DNA of 64,000 nucleotides, taken from assembly GCA_964344035.1 (NCBI GenBank), contig CAYFLK010000002.1, forward strand, positions 2,117-66,116, given 5' to 3'. This DNA comes from an uncultured Pseudomonadota bacterium (GTDB taxonomy: Bacteria; SAR324; NAC60-12). The notes under the pieces are model-generated. The model made no database searches. It was not told where the DNA came from and worked only from the letters and a program-made list of their open reading frames with translations. Made by a program: the position numbers and the translations under genes. Shown here piece after piece: positions 1 to 8,828 of this stretch. How positions within the stretch are numbered: the stretch's first letter is position 1; the number at the start of each line of letters is the position of its first letter.

Positions 1-3000
1 CGTCGACCCCGACGATCGTCACCGTCTGCCAGCCGTTCCAGTTGGTCGTCCCAAACGTCAGGTTGTCGCTGGTCTCCACCGTGCCTTCGCTCGTATCCTG
101 ACTGGTGATCAGCACATAGACACTGCCGGTCGGCTCGTCCCCGAGCCTCACGCTGAAGCTTGCTTTCTCTCCGTCCTCGCCGGTTTCACCACTGTTCGTG
201 TTGACCACGATCGCAGCGGATATGTCTTCGATGTTCGTCAGCGGCACGTCGAGCGGGTCAATGCCGCTGTAGTTCGCGTCGCTCGAAACCAGGCTGCCGA
301 GCTGCACGGTGTAGGACTGGTCTCCGTCTAAGGTGTAGTCGTTCTGCCCCTGGACCATCACCGTCTTGTCCTCGTGCCAGTCCGTGGTTGAAATGCTCAG
401 GTTGTCCGTACTCCGGTAGTTCGACCCGCCGTCGACCGAGATCAGGCCTTCGGTGGCGTCACTCGAAGTCACAGGCAGCGTCACGCTGCTCACCGGCTCG
501 CTGCCGAGCTTGACGGTGAACCGGGCCACCGTCCCGGATTCGGCCGTGTTGCCGCTGATGGAACTGATGCTCACCCCCGGAGTGTCGTCGTCGCGGTTCG
601 AGAGGCTCACGTCCGCAGGGGCTTGCCCGGCATAGTTCGAACCCGCCGCGGTTGCGGCGGTGAAGCGGATCGCGAAGCTCTGGTCCCCGTCGCTGACATT
701 GTCATCGACGCCTTTGACCAGCACCGTCTGCGCGGTAGACCAGGTGGAGTTGTCCCAACTCAGCGTCCTCGTCGTCACCGTTGTGCTGTTGTCCTCATCC
801 AGCAGCACCCCTTCGGTGATGTCCAGGCTGGAGAGGTTCAAAGTCACGTTATCAGAGGTCTCCAGCGGCAGATCGAGCGCCACGGTGAAGGTCGCGATCC
901 CCCCGTCTTCGGTAGTGCTTCCGCTGGCCGCGCTGACGGTGAAGCCGTAGTTTTCATCATCGGTGTTGATCACCCGCACATCCGGAGGATCGAGCAGCTG
1001 ATAGCGCGGATCTCCGCTGTAGGTCGGTTCAAGATTAATCAGGTAAGTCTGGTCTCCGTCGCTGAGATAGTCGTTCAGCCCGGTCACCGTGAAGGTCTTC
1101 GCCGTGTTCCAGTTCGAGTCGGTGAACCTGTAGAACTCCGGAGTGACCTCGCCTTCGCTCGAATCATTGCTGAACAGCGTCAGCGTCACGTTATCAGTCG
1201 GCCTGCTGGTCAGGTACACAGTGAAGGTCGCGCTCGTCCCGTCCTCACCCGTGTTGCCGCTGATCGTGCTGACCACGAACCCCGCGGTTTCATCATCAAG
1301 GTTGGTCAGCCTCACCGCCGGCGGCTTCAGGTTGCGGTAGCGGTTGTCGCCGGTTGAAGCGTCTGCCAGCAGACCGACGGTGTATTCCTGGTGCCCGTCG
1401 GTCGTGTTGTCGTCCGCGCCGGTGACCGTCACCGTCTGCGCAGTGTGCCAGTCCGAGGCCCCGAAGGTGAACTGCTTGACGGACGGGACGGTCACATCGC
1501 CCTCGCCGGTATCGTTGCTGGAGAGGGTGATGGTGACGTTGTCCGTCGGCTCGCTGTTGAGGCGCACGCTGAATGAGGCCGTATCCCCGGTTTCGGAACT
1601 GGACTCATCGGTCACGCTCACCGTGAAACCAGCGGTTTCATCATCGATGTTCACCACCGCCACGTCATCCGGGTCCAGGTAGCGGTACTTGGTGTCAGCG
1701 GTCGTGTTGTCCGCACCGAGGTAGATCGCGTAACTCTGGTTCCCGTCCGTGACATTGTCATCTAATCCGTCTACTCTCACCGTCACCGCAGAGTTCCAGC
1801 TCGCGTTGTCGAAGGTGATGCTTGCGCGGTTGGCCGTGCCTTCGGTCTCATCGCTGCTGCCGACAGTGATCGTCACGTTGTCCGTCGGCCGGCTGCGCAG
1901 GCTGACGGTGAAGGTCGCGTTGTCCCCCTGCTCCGAGGTGCTGTTGCTGACCGCGCTGATGTAGAAACCGGCGATGTCGTCATCCAGGTTGACCAGTTCC
2001 ACGTCCGCGGGGTCACGTCTGTTGTAGCGCAGGTCCGTGGTGGCCGTATCCGCGGTCAGTTCGATACTGTAGGACTGGTCCCCGTCTGAGAGATTGTCGT
2101 CGACGCCGGTGATTACGATCGACTTGTAGGAGTTCCAGTCCTCCGTCGTGAATGCGACACTGCTCGTCCCGCCTGTACTGATGCTCGTGATTGTGCCTTC
2201 GCTCTCATCGCTGCTTGAAACCCCGATGGTGAGGTTGTCCGTCGGCTCGCTGTTGAGCTTGATCTTGATTGTCGCGAGCGCCCCGGCTTCCGAGGTGTAA
2301 CTGTTGATCTCAATGGTGAAACCCGCGCTTTCATCATCTACGTTCGCCACCATCACGTCCCGCGGGTCCAATCCGCGGTAAGTCATATCACTGGTCGCGT
2401 TGTCCGCGCCCAGCACAATCCGGTAGCCCTGGTCGCCGTCGCTGATGTTGTCGTCCACTCCACTCACTGTCACCAGCTGCTCCGCGTTCCAGTTCGAAGT
2501 CGTGAACGTCAGGCTGCTTGGATTGACCGTGCCCTCACCTGTGTCACTGCTTGACAGAGGAATCGTCACACTCGCCGAAGGCCGGCTCATCAGACGCACT
2601 CCGAACATCGCTGTCCCTCCAACTTCACTCGTTGTCCCGCTGAGAGCAGAGATATAAAATCCGCTCCTTGAATCAAGGTTTTTCAAGGAGACATCCGGTG
2701 GATCAAGTCCGCGGTACTGATTGTCTGAAGAAGTGTTGTCAGAGAGAATTCTGATAATATAAAGCTGATCTCCATCAGAAGTATTATCGGCGATTCCGGT
2801 AAGCGTGACCGTTTGCGCGGCATTCCAGTTTTCCGGGGTAAAAGTCAGCGCTTCCGTGGAGACAGTTCCTTCCCCTGTATCGGAGGAAGAAAGGTAGACG
2901 GTAACATTATCGCCTGGTTCACTGCGGAGACTGACTGAGAAATCGGCCGTCGCCCCGTTTTCATCTGTATCGCCACTAACAAAGCTGATGTTGAATCCCG

Positions 3001-6000
3001 CTGTTTCATCATCCATGTTCTGCAATGGCAAGTCTTCCGGGTCAATGCCGTTGTATTCCGAATCACTGCTCACCGCGGGCCCCAGGTAAATGAAATAACC
3101 CTGGTCCCCGTCGGAGAGGTTGTCGTCCTCTCCGCGGATCAACACCAGCTGGTTTGAATTCCAGTTATCGGCGGTGAAGCTCAAGTTGTCTGAGCCGGTG
3201 TTGCCGGCAATGCTGTAGATCTTGCCTTCAGTGCTGTCGCTGCTGCTGACGGGAAGGGAAACGTTATCATTCGGACGGCTGGCTAAACGCACCTGAAAAG
3301 CGGAAAAACCGCCTTTTTCAGAAGTCGGACCACTGACAGGACTGACGACAAAGGACGCGGATTCATCATCAATGTTGGTGACAAAAACATCCGGCGGATC
3401 GAGGTTCAGATAGGCTGTATCCGTTGTGTTGTTGTCCGCATCGAGCAGAATCGCCACTACCTGGTGACCGTCCGTGAGGTTGTCGTCAATTCCGGTGAGA
3501 TGCACATATTGATAAGTATTCCAGTTGTCTGCTGTAAAACTAAGGGTTGCCGGCGTGGCCTGTACTTCCGAAGTGTTATCGCTGCTGATTCCAATACTGA
3601 TATTGTCGGTTGGCTCGCTGTTGAGGCGCAGAGCAAAAACGGCCTGTACCCCGGATTCGCTGGTGCTGCCGCTCACCGGACTAATCGTGTACCCCGCGGT
3701 TTCATCATCGATATTTATGAGGTAGACGTCAGGCGGATCGAGGTTGTTGTAATTGGAATCGCCGGAAGAAGCGTTATCGATCCGCACCCGGTAGGGCTGG
3801 TTTCCATCAGCTACCGCATCGTCCTGGCCCGTGACGGTGACGAGTTGCACCGCCTCCCAGTTGGATGAAGTAAAAGTCAGCGCGGAGGGCGATACAGTTC
3901 CTTCGCTGATGTTGTCGCTGGAGAGGCTGACAGTTACGTTGTCCTCGGGACGGGTGTTGAGACGCAGAGTGAAGAAAGCCACACCGCCTTCTTCTGTGGT
4001 GTCACCGCTTACCGCACCCAGCTTGTATCCCGCTCCCTCATTGTCACGGTTGGTGATGACGACATCCATGGGATCCTTCCCGCTGTAGGCCGCATTGCTG
4101 CTGCTGGCCGAACCTAGGATCACCGTGAAGGTCTGGTATCCGTCAATCACTTCGTCGTCAACCCCGGATACAGTGACAGTCCGGGCAGTGCTGAAATTGT
4201 CCGTGGAAAAAATAAGCTGATCGGGACTGACCGTACCCTCGGCAATGTTGCTGCTGAAAAGTGGGATGGTGACATTTGCAGTAGGCCGGGATTGCAGGCT
4301 GACCGTGAAGGTGGCGTTGTCTCCGCCTTCCGAAGTGCTGCCGCTGACTGAACCGATGATGAAACCCGCAACGTCATTATCCTGGTTCTCCGCGGTGAGG
4401 TCCGGGGGGTCCAGGTTTTTGTAGTTTGAATCGGATGTGCCGGAATCTCCATCGATCCGGATAGTGAACTGCTGGGTTCCGTCGGTCAGGTTGTCATCTT
4501 CTCCCTTGACATAAACAGTGGTAAGGTCATTCCAGTTGCTTGCGGAAAATGTGAGTGCCGCTGTATCGTTCCAGCTTCCATTTGAAAAGATATTCCCTTC
4601 CGTTGAATCACTGATACTCAGCGACAGGGTGATGTTATCGCTCGGTTCGCTGTTCAGTTTGAGAGTGAAACTGGCATTGTCTCCGTCTTCAGTCATGATC
4701 CCGCTGAGAGACCCGACGAGCACATTCGGAACCTCATCATCGAGATTGGAGACAAATAGATCCCCGGGATCAAGGTCCCTGTAAGCAACATCGGCAGTGC
4801 TGTTGTCAGCGTAAAGCTGAACGACGTAGATTTGATTCCCGTCGGTAAGGTTGTCATCCACACCCGTCAACGTCACCGTCTGGAACAGATTCCAGGTGTT
4901 GTTGTCAAAACTCAAGTTGTCCGGGGATACCACACCTTCCCCGGAATCGCTGCTGCTGATTCCCAGCGTGATGCTATGTGTGGGCTGGCTGGTCAAACGC
5001 AGGGCAAACATCGCCTGGCCTCCGGTCTCGGAAGTGCCGCCGCTGACAGGACTGATCGAGTAACCAGCTTCATCGTTGTCAAGATTGATGACATAGACGT
5101 CAGGTGGGTCCAGTCCATGATAACCGGAGTCAGTTGAACTAGCGTTGTCAAGCACTACCAGGTATGACTGATCCCCGTCAGCATTCAGATCATCCTTGCC
5201 GGAAATAGTTACAACCTGGTCGACCGACCAGGTTGAGGAGGTAAAACTAAGGTTATCCGGGTTGACAGTGCCTTCGTCAGTATCTGAACTTGAAACTGCA
5301 ATTGTGACGTCGCCGGTTGGTTTGCTGTTCAGATGAATGGTGAAAAAAGCGACTCCGCCTGTTTCGGAAGTGGGGCCGCTGATGCTGCCGACAGTAAACC
5401 CGACTCCCTCGTTATCAACATTGGTGACAAGCACATCCTGCGGTTTTACCCCGTTGTAGAGCAGATTATTGCTTAAGGCTGCAGCCAGGATAACGCTGAA
5501 GGTCTGATACCCGTCGATGAGGTCGTCATCAACTCCGGTGACAGTCACTGTCTGCGCGGTGTTCCAATCGGAGTTACTGAAGCTGAGGTTGTCCGGAGAG
5601 ACAGTGCCTTCGGACGGGTTTGAACTGGAAAGGGTGATGCCGACGTTTGTCCCTGGAGGAGGCTGTGCGCGCAGCTTGACGGTGAAAGTGGCGTTGTCGC
5701 CGCTTTCGTAGGTATTGCCGCTGATGGCGCTTATCTCAAATCCAGCAATCTCATCATCGAGATTGGAAATCTGCACGTATTCAGAAGGAAGGCCGCGGTA
5801 ATTTGAATCGGCGCTTGAAGCATCGGGACTGATCCGGATCTCAAATTCCTGGCTGCCGTCGGTTATGTTATCGTCCACCCCGGTCACTGTAACAGTCTGC
5901 AAGGTCTGCCAACTTGCATTGTCAAACGTCAGGTTGTCCGGACTGACTGTTCCTTCTCCGGTATTGCTGCTCATAAGGTTGAAGATCACTGTTCCCAGAG

Positions 6001-7300
6001 GTTCGCTGCTGAGCCGGATTTCGAACGTCGCGTTGTCCCCTGACTCGGTGGTGTTGCTGCTCAGGCTCCCAACCGTCACCCCAGCTGCTTGAGCATCATC
6101 ATCCTCGTTGACAAAAATAACGTCGATGGGGTCAAGGTCTCTGTAATTCAGATCACCGGTGTTCTGGTCTGCTGACAGGATGACGACATAAGAAATGTTG
6201 CCGTCAGTACTGTTGTCCTGGACCCCGCTCAAGGTAATGGTCTGGTAATTGTCCCAGTTGCTTGCACTGAAGACGACCTGGTTCAGGACCTCGGCGCTGT
6301 TGTTGATGTATTCGATTTTTCCTTCGCCCGCGTCTCCCACTTCCAGCCCAATTGTCACATTGTCGGTTGGAGGACTGTTTAGCTTGATGGCAAACATTGC
6401 CATCCCTCCGCCTTCAGTGGTTGGGCCACTGGTCTCGGTGATGGTGAAACCAGCGGTGTACAAATCTGTATCTTTGTTTGTCAGCAGTACGTCAGATGGA
6501 TTCAATCCGAGATAACTACTGTCAGTGGTTGAGTTGTCTGCTGAGAGGATGATGCGATAACCCTGGTCCCCGTCAGATTCATTGTCGAGTTGTCCGATTA
6601 CTTTGATCAGCTGTTCCACGTTCCAGTTGGACTCGGTGAAAGTCAGGCTCAGATTGTCTGTTTCGCTGTTGTTCGCTTTCAGCAGTTTGCCCTCGCTGGA
6701 ATCCTCGGTGGCAACCCCGATTGTGACATTGTCAACGGGTTGCAATGTCAGCCTGACGGTAAAGACCGCCGTTCCTCTTGCCTCGGAAGTTGATCCACTG
6801 ACAACGCTGATCTCGAAGCCCCCGGGTTCGTTATCAAGGTTGACCACACTCACGGATTCCGACGTGCGGTTTTGGTAATTGCTGTCTTGAGAAGATGCAG
6901 GTGAAAAATTGAGGAAATAGCTTTGGTTGCGGTCCGGTATGAAGTCATCAACCCCGGTGAGGGTTACCGTGTCCCCGGTCTGCCAGTTCGATGCATCCAA
7001 AACCAGGCTGGTTTTATTCAGGAATCCTTCATCAGTATTGCTGCTGGAGATTGGGATATCTACCGACGAGGTGGGTTCGCTGGTGAGTTTCACCGTCACT
7101 GTTCCGGCACCACCCGATTCAGTGGTATTGTCGCTCAGGGGGCCAACAGTGATCCCCGCGCTGTCATTGTCCAGGTTGGTCAGGTTGAACAAGTCTGACC
7201 GCAGGTTGTTGTATTTATCGTGATTGCTGACGGTTGGCCCCAGATGTATGGAGAATGACCGGTCTCCGTCGTCGATGTAATCATCCACCCCGAAAACCGT
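1..7300 (-). repeat. About 21-22 tandem, diverged coding repeats with a period of roughly 320-370 nt inside the giant gene
   Basis: The G(V/I)DD..(T/S)DG-encoding segment recurs on the + strand as gtcgtc.ac.cc.gtgac.gt.ac near 10, 340, 700, 1070, 1400, 1750, 2095, 2450, 2790, 3120, 3480, 3830, 4150, 4490, 4850, 5200, 5520, 5870, 6220, 6590, 6940 and 7280. The copies are diverged, not identical. Confidence 0.8.
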
Positions 7301-7651
7301 GATAGTTTGAGCTGTGTCCCAATCCTTCCTGGAAAAAATAATGCTGGACGGGGAAATTCTGCCTTCAGTGGCATCAGTGCTGGAGATGGGTACCGTCACG
7401 GAAGCGGAGGGCTGTTCATCCAACTGGATAAGAAAAGTCGTGTTGTCCCCGCTTTCCGATACTGTTGCCGAGAGACCGGACTGGGCAACCAGTTTTCCCG
7501 GTGTTGGTTCGGTAAACGGACTTTTGAAAAATACCTCGTCTGAATCAAGGTTGCAGGATGCTGTCCCAAAAAACAGCAGCGACCACAACCAATGAAAAAT
7601 AGTGACGCGCGGGATAATTTTTTGTGCAGATCGGTACAGCCTGGTTGCCAT
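1..7651 (-). CDS. Giant repetitive cell-surface lipoprotein (N-terminal ~2550 aa; ORF continues past the left window edge), built from tandem ~115-aa Calx-beta/cadherin-like beta-sandwich repeats
   Basis: ATG at 7651, with an in-frame stop upstream at 7721-7723. My translation begins MATRLYRSAQKIIPRVTIFHWLWSLLFFGTASC-NLDSDEVFF, which is a signal peptide followed by a lipobox-like TASC. The same frame at nt 58-2 still reads ...LTFGTTNWNGWQTVTIVGVD, which is the repeat motif. All minus-strand ORFs in the supplied track between 1 and 7656 lie in another frame. That fits one uninterrupted frame that was not listed because it has no stop inside the window. Repeat signature: SG.T.E.G..A.F.V.L.S.P...V.I..SSD..EG.V.P..L.F....W...Q.V.V.G.DD...DG.Q.Y.I. 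Confidence 0.85.
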   Translation of the reverse strand, partial: MATRLYRSAQKIIPRVTIFHWLWSLLFFGTASCNLDSDEVFFKSPFTEPTPGKLVAQSGLSATVSESGDNTTFLIQLDEQPSASVTVPISSTDATEGRISPSSIIFSRKDWDTAQTITVFGVDDYIDDGDRSFSIHLGPTVSNHDKYNNLRSDLFNLTNLDNDSAGITVGPLSDNTTESGGAGTVTVKLTSEPTSSVDIPISSSNTDEGFLNKTSLVLDASNWQTGDTVTLTGVDDFIPDRNQSYFLNFSPASSQDSNYQNRTSESVSVVNLDNEPGGFEISVVSGSTSEARGTAVFTVRLTLQPVDNVTIGVATEDSSEGKLLKANNSETDNLSLTFTESNWNVEQLIKVIGQLDNESDGDQGYRIILSADNSTTDSSYLGLNPSDVLLTNKDTDLYTAGFTITETSGPTTEGGGMAMFAIKLNSPPTDNVTIGLEVGDAGEGKIEYINNSAEVLNQVVFSASNWDNYQTITLSGVQDNSTDGNISYVVILSADQNTGDLNYRDLDPIDVIFVNEDDDAQAAGVTVGSLSSNTTESGDNATFEIRLSSEPLGTVIFNLMSSNTGEGTVSPDNLTFDNASWQTLQTVTVTGVDDNITDGSQEFEIRISPDASSADSNYRGLPSEYVQISNLDDEIAGFEISAISGNTYESGDNATFTVKLRAQPPPGTNVGITLSSSNPSEGTVSPDNLSFSNSDWNTAQTVTVTGVDDDLIDGYQTFSVILAAALSNNLLYNGVKPQDVLVTNVDNEGVGFTVGSISGPTSETGGVAFFTIHLNSKPTGDVTIAVSSSDTDEGTVNPDNLSFTSSTWSVDQVVTISGKDDLNADGDQSYLVVLDNASSTDSGYHGLDPPDVYVINLDNDEAGYSISPVSGGTSETGGQAMFALRLTSQPTHSITLGISSSDSGEGVVSPDNLSFDNNTWNLFQTVTLTGVDDNLTDGNQIYVVQLYADNSTADVAYRDLDPGDLFVSNLDDEVPNVLVGSLSGIMTEDGDNASFTLKLNSEPSDNITLSLSISDSTEGNIFSNGSWNDTAALTFSASNWNDLTTVYVKGEDDNLTDGTQQFTIRIDGDSGTSDSNYKNLDPPDLTAENQDNDVAGFIIGSVSGSTSEGGDNATFTVSLQSRPTANVTIPLFSSNIAEGTVSPDQLIFSTDNFSTARTVTVSGVDDEVIDGYQTFTVILGSASSSNAAYSGKDPMDVVITNRDNEGAGYKLGAVSGDTTEEGGVAFFTLRLNTRPEDNVTVSLSSDNISEGTVSPSALTFTSSNWEAVQLVTVTGQDDAVADGNQPYRVRIDNASSGDSNYNNLDPPDVYLINIDDETAGYTISPVSGSTSESGVQAVFALRLNSEPTDNISIGISSDNTSEVQATPATLSFTADNWNTYQYVHLTGIDDNLTDGHQVVAILLDADNNTTDTAYLNLDPPDVFVTNIDDESASFVVSPVSGPTSEKGGFSAFQVRLASRPNDNVSLPVSSSDSTEGKIYSIAGNTGSDNLSFTADNWNSNQLVLIRGEDDNLSDGDQGYFIYLGPAVSSDSEYNGIDPEDLPLQNMDDETAGFNISFVSGDTDENGATADFSVSLRSEPGDNVTVYLSSSDTGEGTVSTEALTFTPENWNAAQTVTLTGIADNTSDGDQLYIIRILSDNTSSDNQYRGLDPPDVSLKNLDSRSGFYISALSGTTSEVGGTAMFGVRLMSRPSASVTIPLSSSDTGEGTVNPSSLTFTTSNWNAEQLVTVSGVDDNISDGDQGYRIVLGADNATSDMTYRGLDPRDVMVANVDDESAGFTIEINSYTSEAGALATIKIKLNSEPTDNLTIGVSSSDESEGTITSISTGGTSSVAFTTEDWNSYKSIVITGVDDNLSDGDQSYSIELTADTATTDLRYNRRDPADVELVNLDDDIAGFYISAVSNSTSEQGDNATFTVSLRSRPTDNVTITVGSSDETEGTANRASITFDNASWNSAVTVRVDGLDDNVTDGNQSYAIYLGADNTTADTKYRYLDPDDVAVVNIDDETAGFTVSVTDESSSETGDTASFSVRLNSEPTDNVTITLSSNDTGEGDVTVPSVKQFTFGASDWHTAQTVTVTGADDNTTDGHQEYTVGLLADASTGDNRYRNLKPPAVRLTNLDDETAGFVVSTISGNTGEDGTSATFTVYLTSRPTDNVTLTLFSNDSSEGEVTPEFYRFTDSNWNTAKTFTVTGLNDYLSDGDQTYLINLEPTYSGDPRYQLLDPPDVRVINTDDENYGFTVSAASGSTTEDGGIATFTVALDLPLETSDNVTLNLSSLDITEGVLLDEDNSTTVTTRTLSWDNSTWSTAQTVLVKGVDDNVSDGDQSFAIRFTAATAAGSNYAGQAPADVSLSNRDDDTPGVSISSISGNTAESGTVARFTVKLGSEPVSSVTLPVTSSDATEGLISVDGGSNYRSTDNLSISTTDWHEDKTVMVQGQNDYTLDGDQSYTVQLGSLVSSDANYSGIDPLDVPLTNIEDISAAIVVNTNSGETGEDGEKASFSVRLGDEPTGSVYVLITSQDTSEGTVETSDNLTFGTTNWNGWQTVTIVGVD

Positions 7652-8035
7652 GGCAAGTACAGGAAAATGCAGGACGCAGCATTGGAGTTTCAAGCCTTGA
7701 CAAGGACTCCGGTCACTGCTTTATGAACCCGTTTGGGCGGCTGGAAAGTGATGCACCACTCATGCCTAGGCAGGGCGGGGAAAATCCGAATTGACCATCG
7801 AGGGAGTGGGGGGTAGGTTAATTTCAAAACCTCAAACGTAAAGAAAACTGCCTGTGTTTCCGGAGTTCATAGGCCAGGGATTTAGGTTTTTTTGTGGTTT
7901 GGGTTGTAGTTGTTCAGGTGGAACTTGGCCCTCCCTTCTAGCATCCCTCCAATGGAAGGGATGGTGAAATCATAAATCCTGGATGTACTGGCCGGACAGT
8001 ATAACAGGCTAAACAACCTGGGCAGAAACACTTCC

Positions 8036-8680
8036 ATGATGTATACAATCCATGAGCGGAGTAAGAAAGAACATGGCGGGAAACGACCTCGTTTCCTTTT
8101 GAAATTGGTTTGTGCCGGACTTTTTTTTTGGCAGGGCGCAGCGAGTGCGGCGGAAATACCGCAGTTGCAGGGCAACACCCCGGATACCATCTTCGGTGGG
8201 GTGGGGCGGATGTATCAAACCTGGTATGCAGGTATCGATTTCCTGTTGTTGAGCACACCTCATACCAACGCCCACCGTACGGTTGGTTTGATCAGCCAGT
8301 CATTCTGGATCGAATGGTGGCCTGATGACCGGTACGGAGTAAAGGGGTTTGCCTCCCCACAAAAATTCCAGAGTTTCGGCAGCGATAGCATTGATATTTC
8401 CACTCAGCATCTGGGAGCAATGGCAATAATACGCTTTCCCATTGATCAGCAATGGCAGCTCAGCGCTGGCATGGGATTGGCACAAACTGCGGCAAAGACA
8501 CCGGATGGAAGCAAATCCGGCACTTCCCTGGCCACCGAATTCCGCATGGGGGTGAAAATCCTGCCCGATTTGCAGCTTGAGATGGGAATGTTGTCCCTCG
8601 ACGGTTCCAGCGGCAGTGCTCCAGGAGATATTCGTCTTGGTTCAACTAGTTATATGTTTGGTTTCAGCAAGGGATTTTAA
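8036..8680 (+). CDS. Small outer-membrane beta-barrel protein (OmpA-N/OmpW-like porin family)
   Basis: Signal-peptide-like N-terminus (...FLLKLVCAGLFFWQGAASAAE). The sequence shows alternating amphipathic strands rich in Gly and aromatics. The C-terminus ...YMFGFSKGF ends in Phe, as is typical of BAM substrates. The gene is divergent from the giant lipoprotein gene. Confidence 0.6.
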   Translation: MMYTIHERSKKEHGGKRPRFLLKLVCAGLFFWQGAASAAEIPQLQGNTPDTIFGGVGRMYQTWYAGIDFLLLSTPHTNAHRTVGLISQSFWIEWWPDDRYGVKGFASPQKFQSFGSDSIDISTQHLGAMAIIRFPIDQQWQLSAGMGLAQTAAKTPDGSKSGTSLATEFRMGVKILPDLQLEMGMLSLDGSSGSAPGDIRLGSTSYMFGFSKGF

Positions 8681-8828
8681 TATCAAGCAGACAGTCTGCA
8701 TAATTTAGCGGCTCCAATGATAGACATGCACAGGGTGAACAGGCATTTGTCGAAGACCAATATCCATGCCCCGTATTTTGATCCATTTGATCCATTAGTC
8801 CTGTCAGAACATTCGAAATAGAAGTTAT

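Noticed and set aside
1-7300. The regular ~345-nt periodicity could superficially suggest a CRISPR array or satellite DNA
   Set aside because: The period is far too long and the copies are diverged. The whole region is one open reading frame with a protein-domain signature, and there is no repeat/spacer organisation.
453-7595. Dozens of plus-strand ORFs of 60-244 aa in the track (for example 623-1357, 3464-3868, 4832-5137)
   Set aside because: They lie antisense to, or out of frame with, the single long minus-strand repeat ORF. Their translations are low-complexity (S/V/T/L/R-rich), and they recur once per repeat. These are shadow ORFs produced by the periodic coding sequence.
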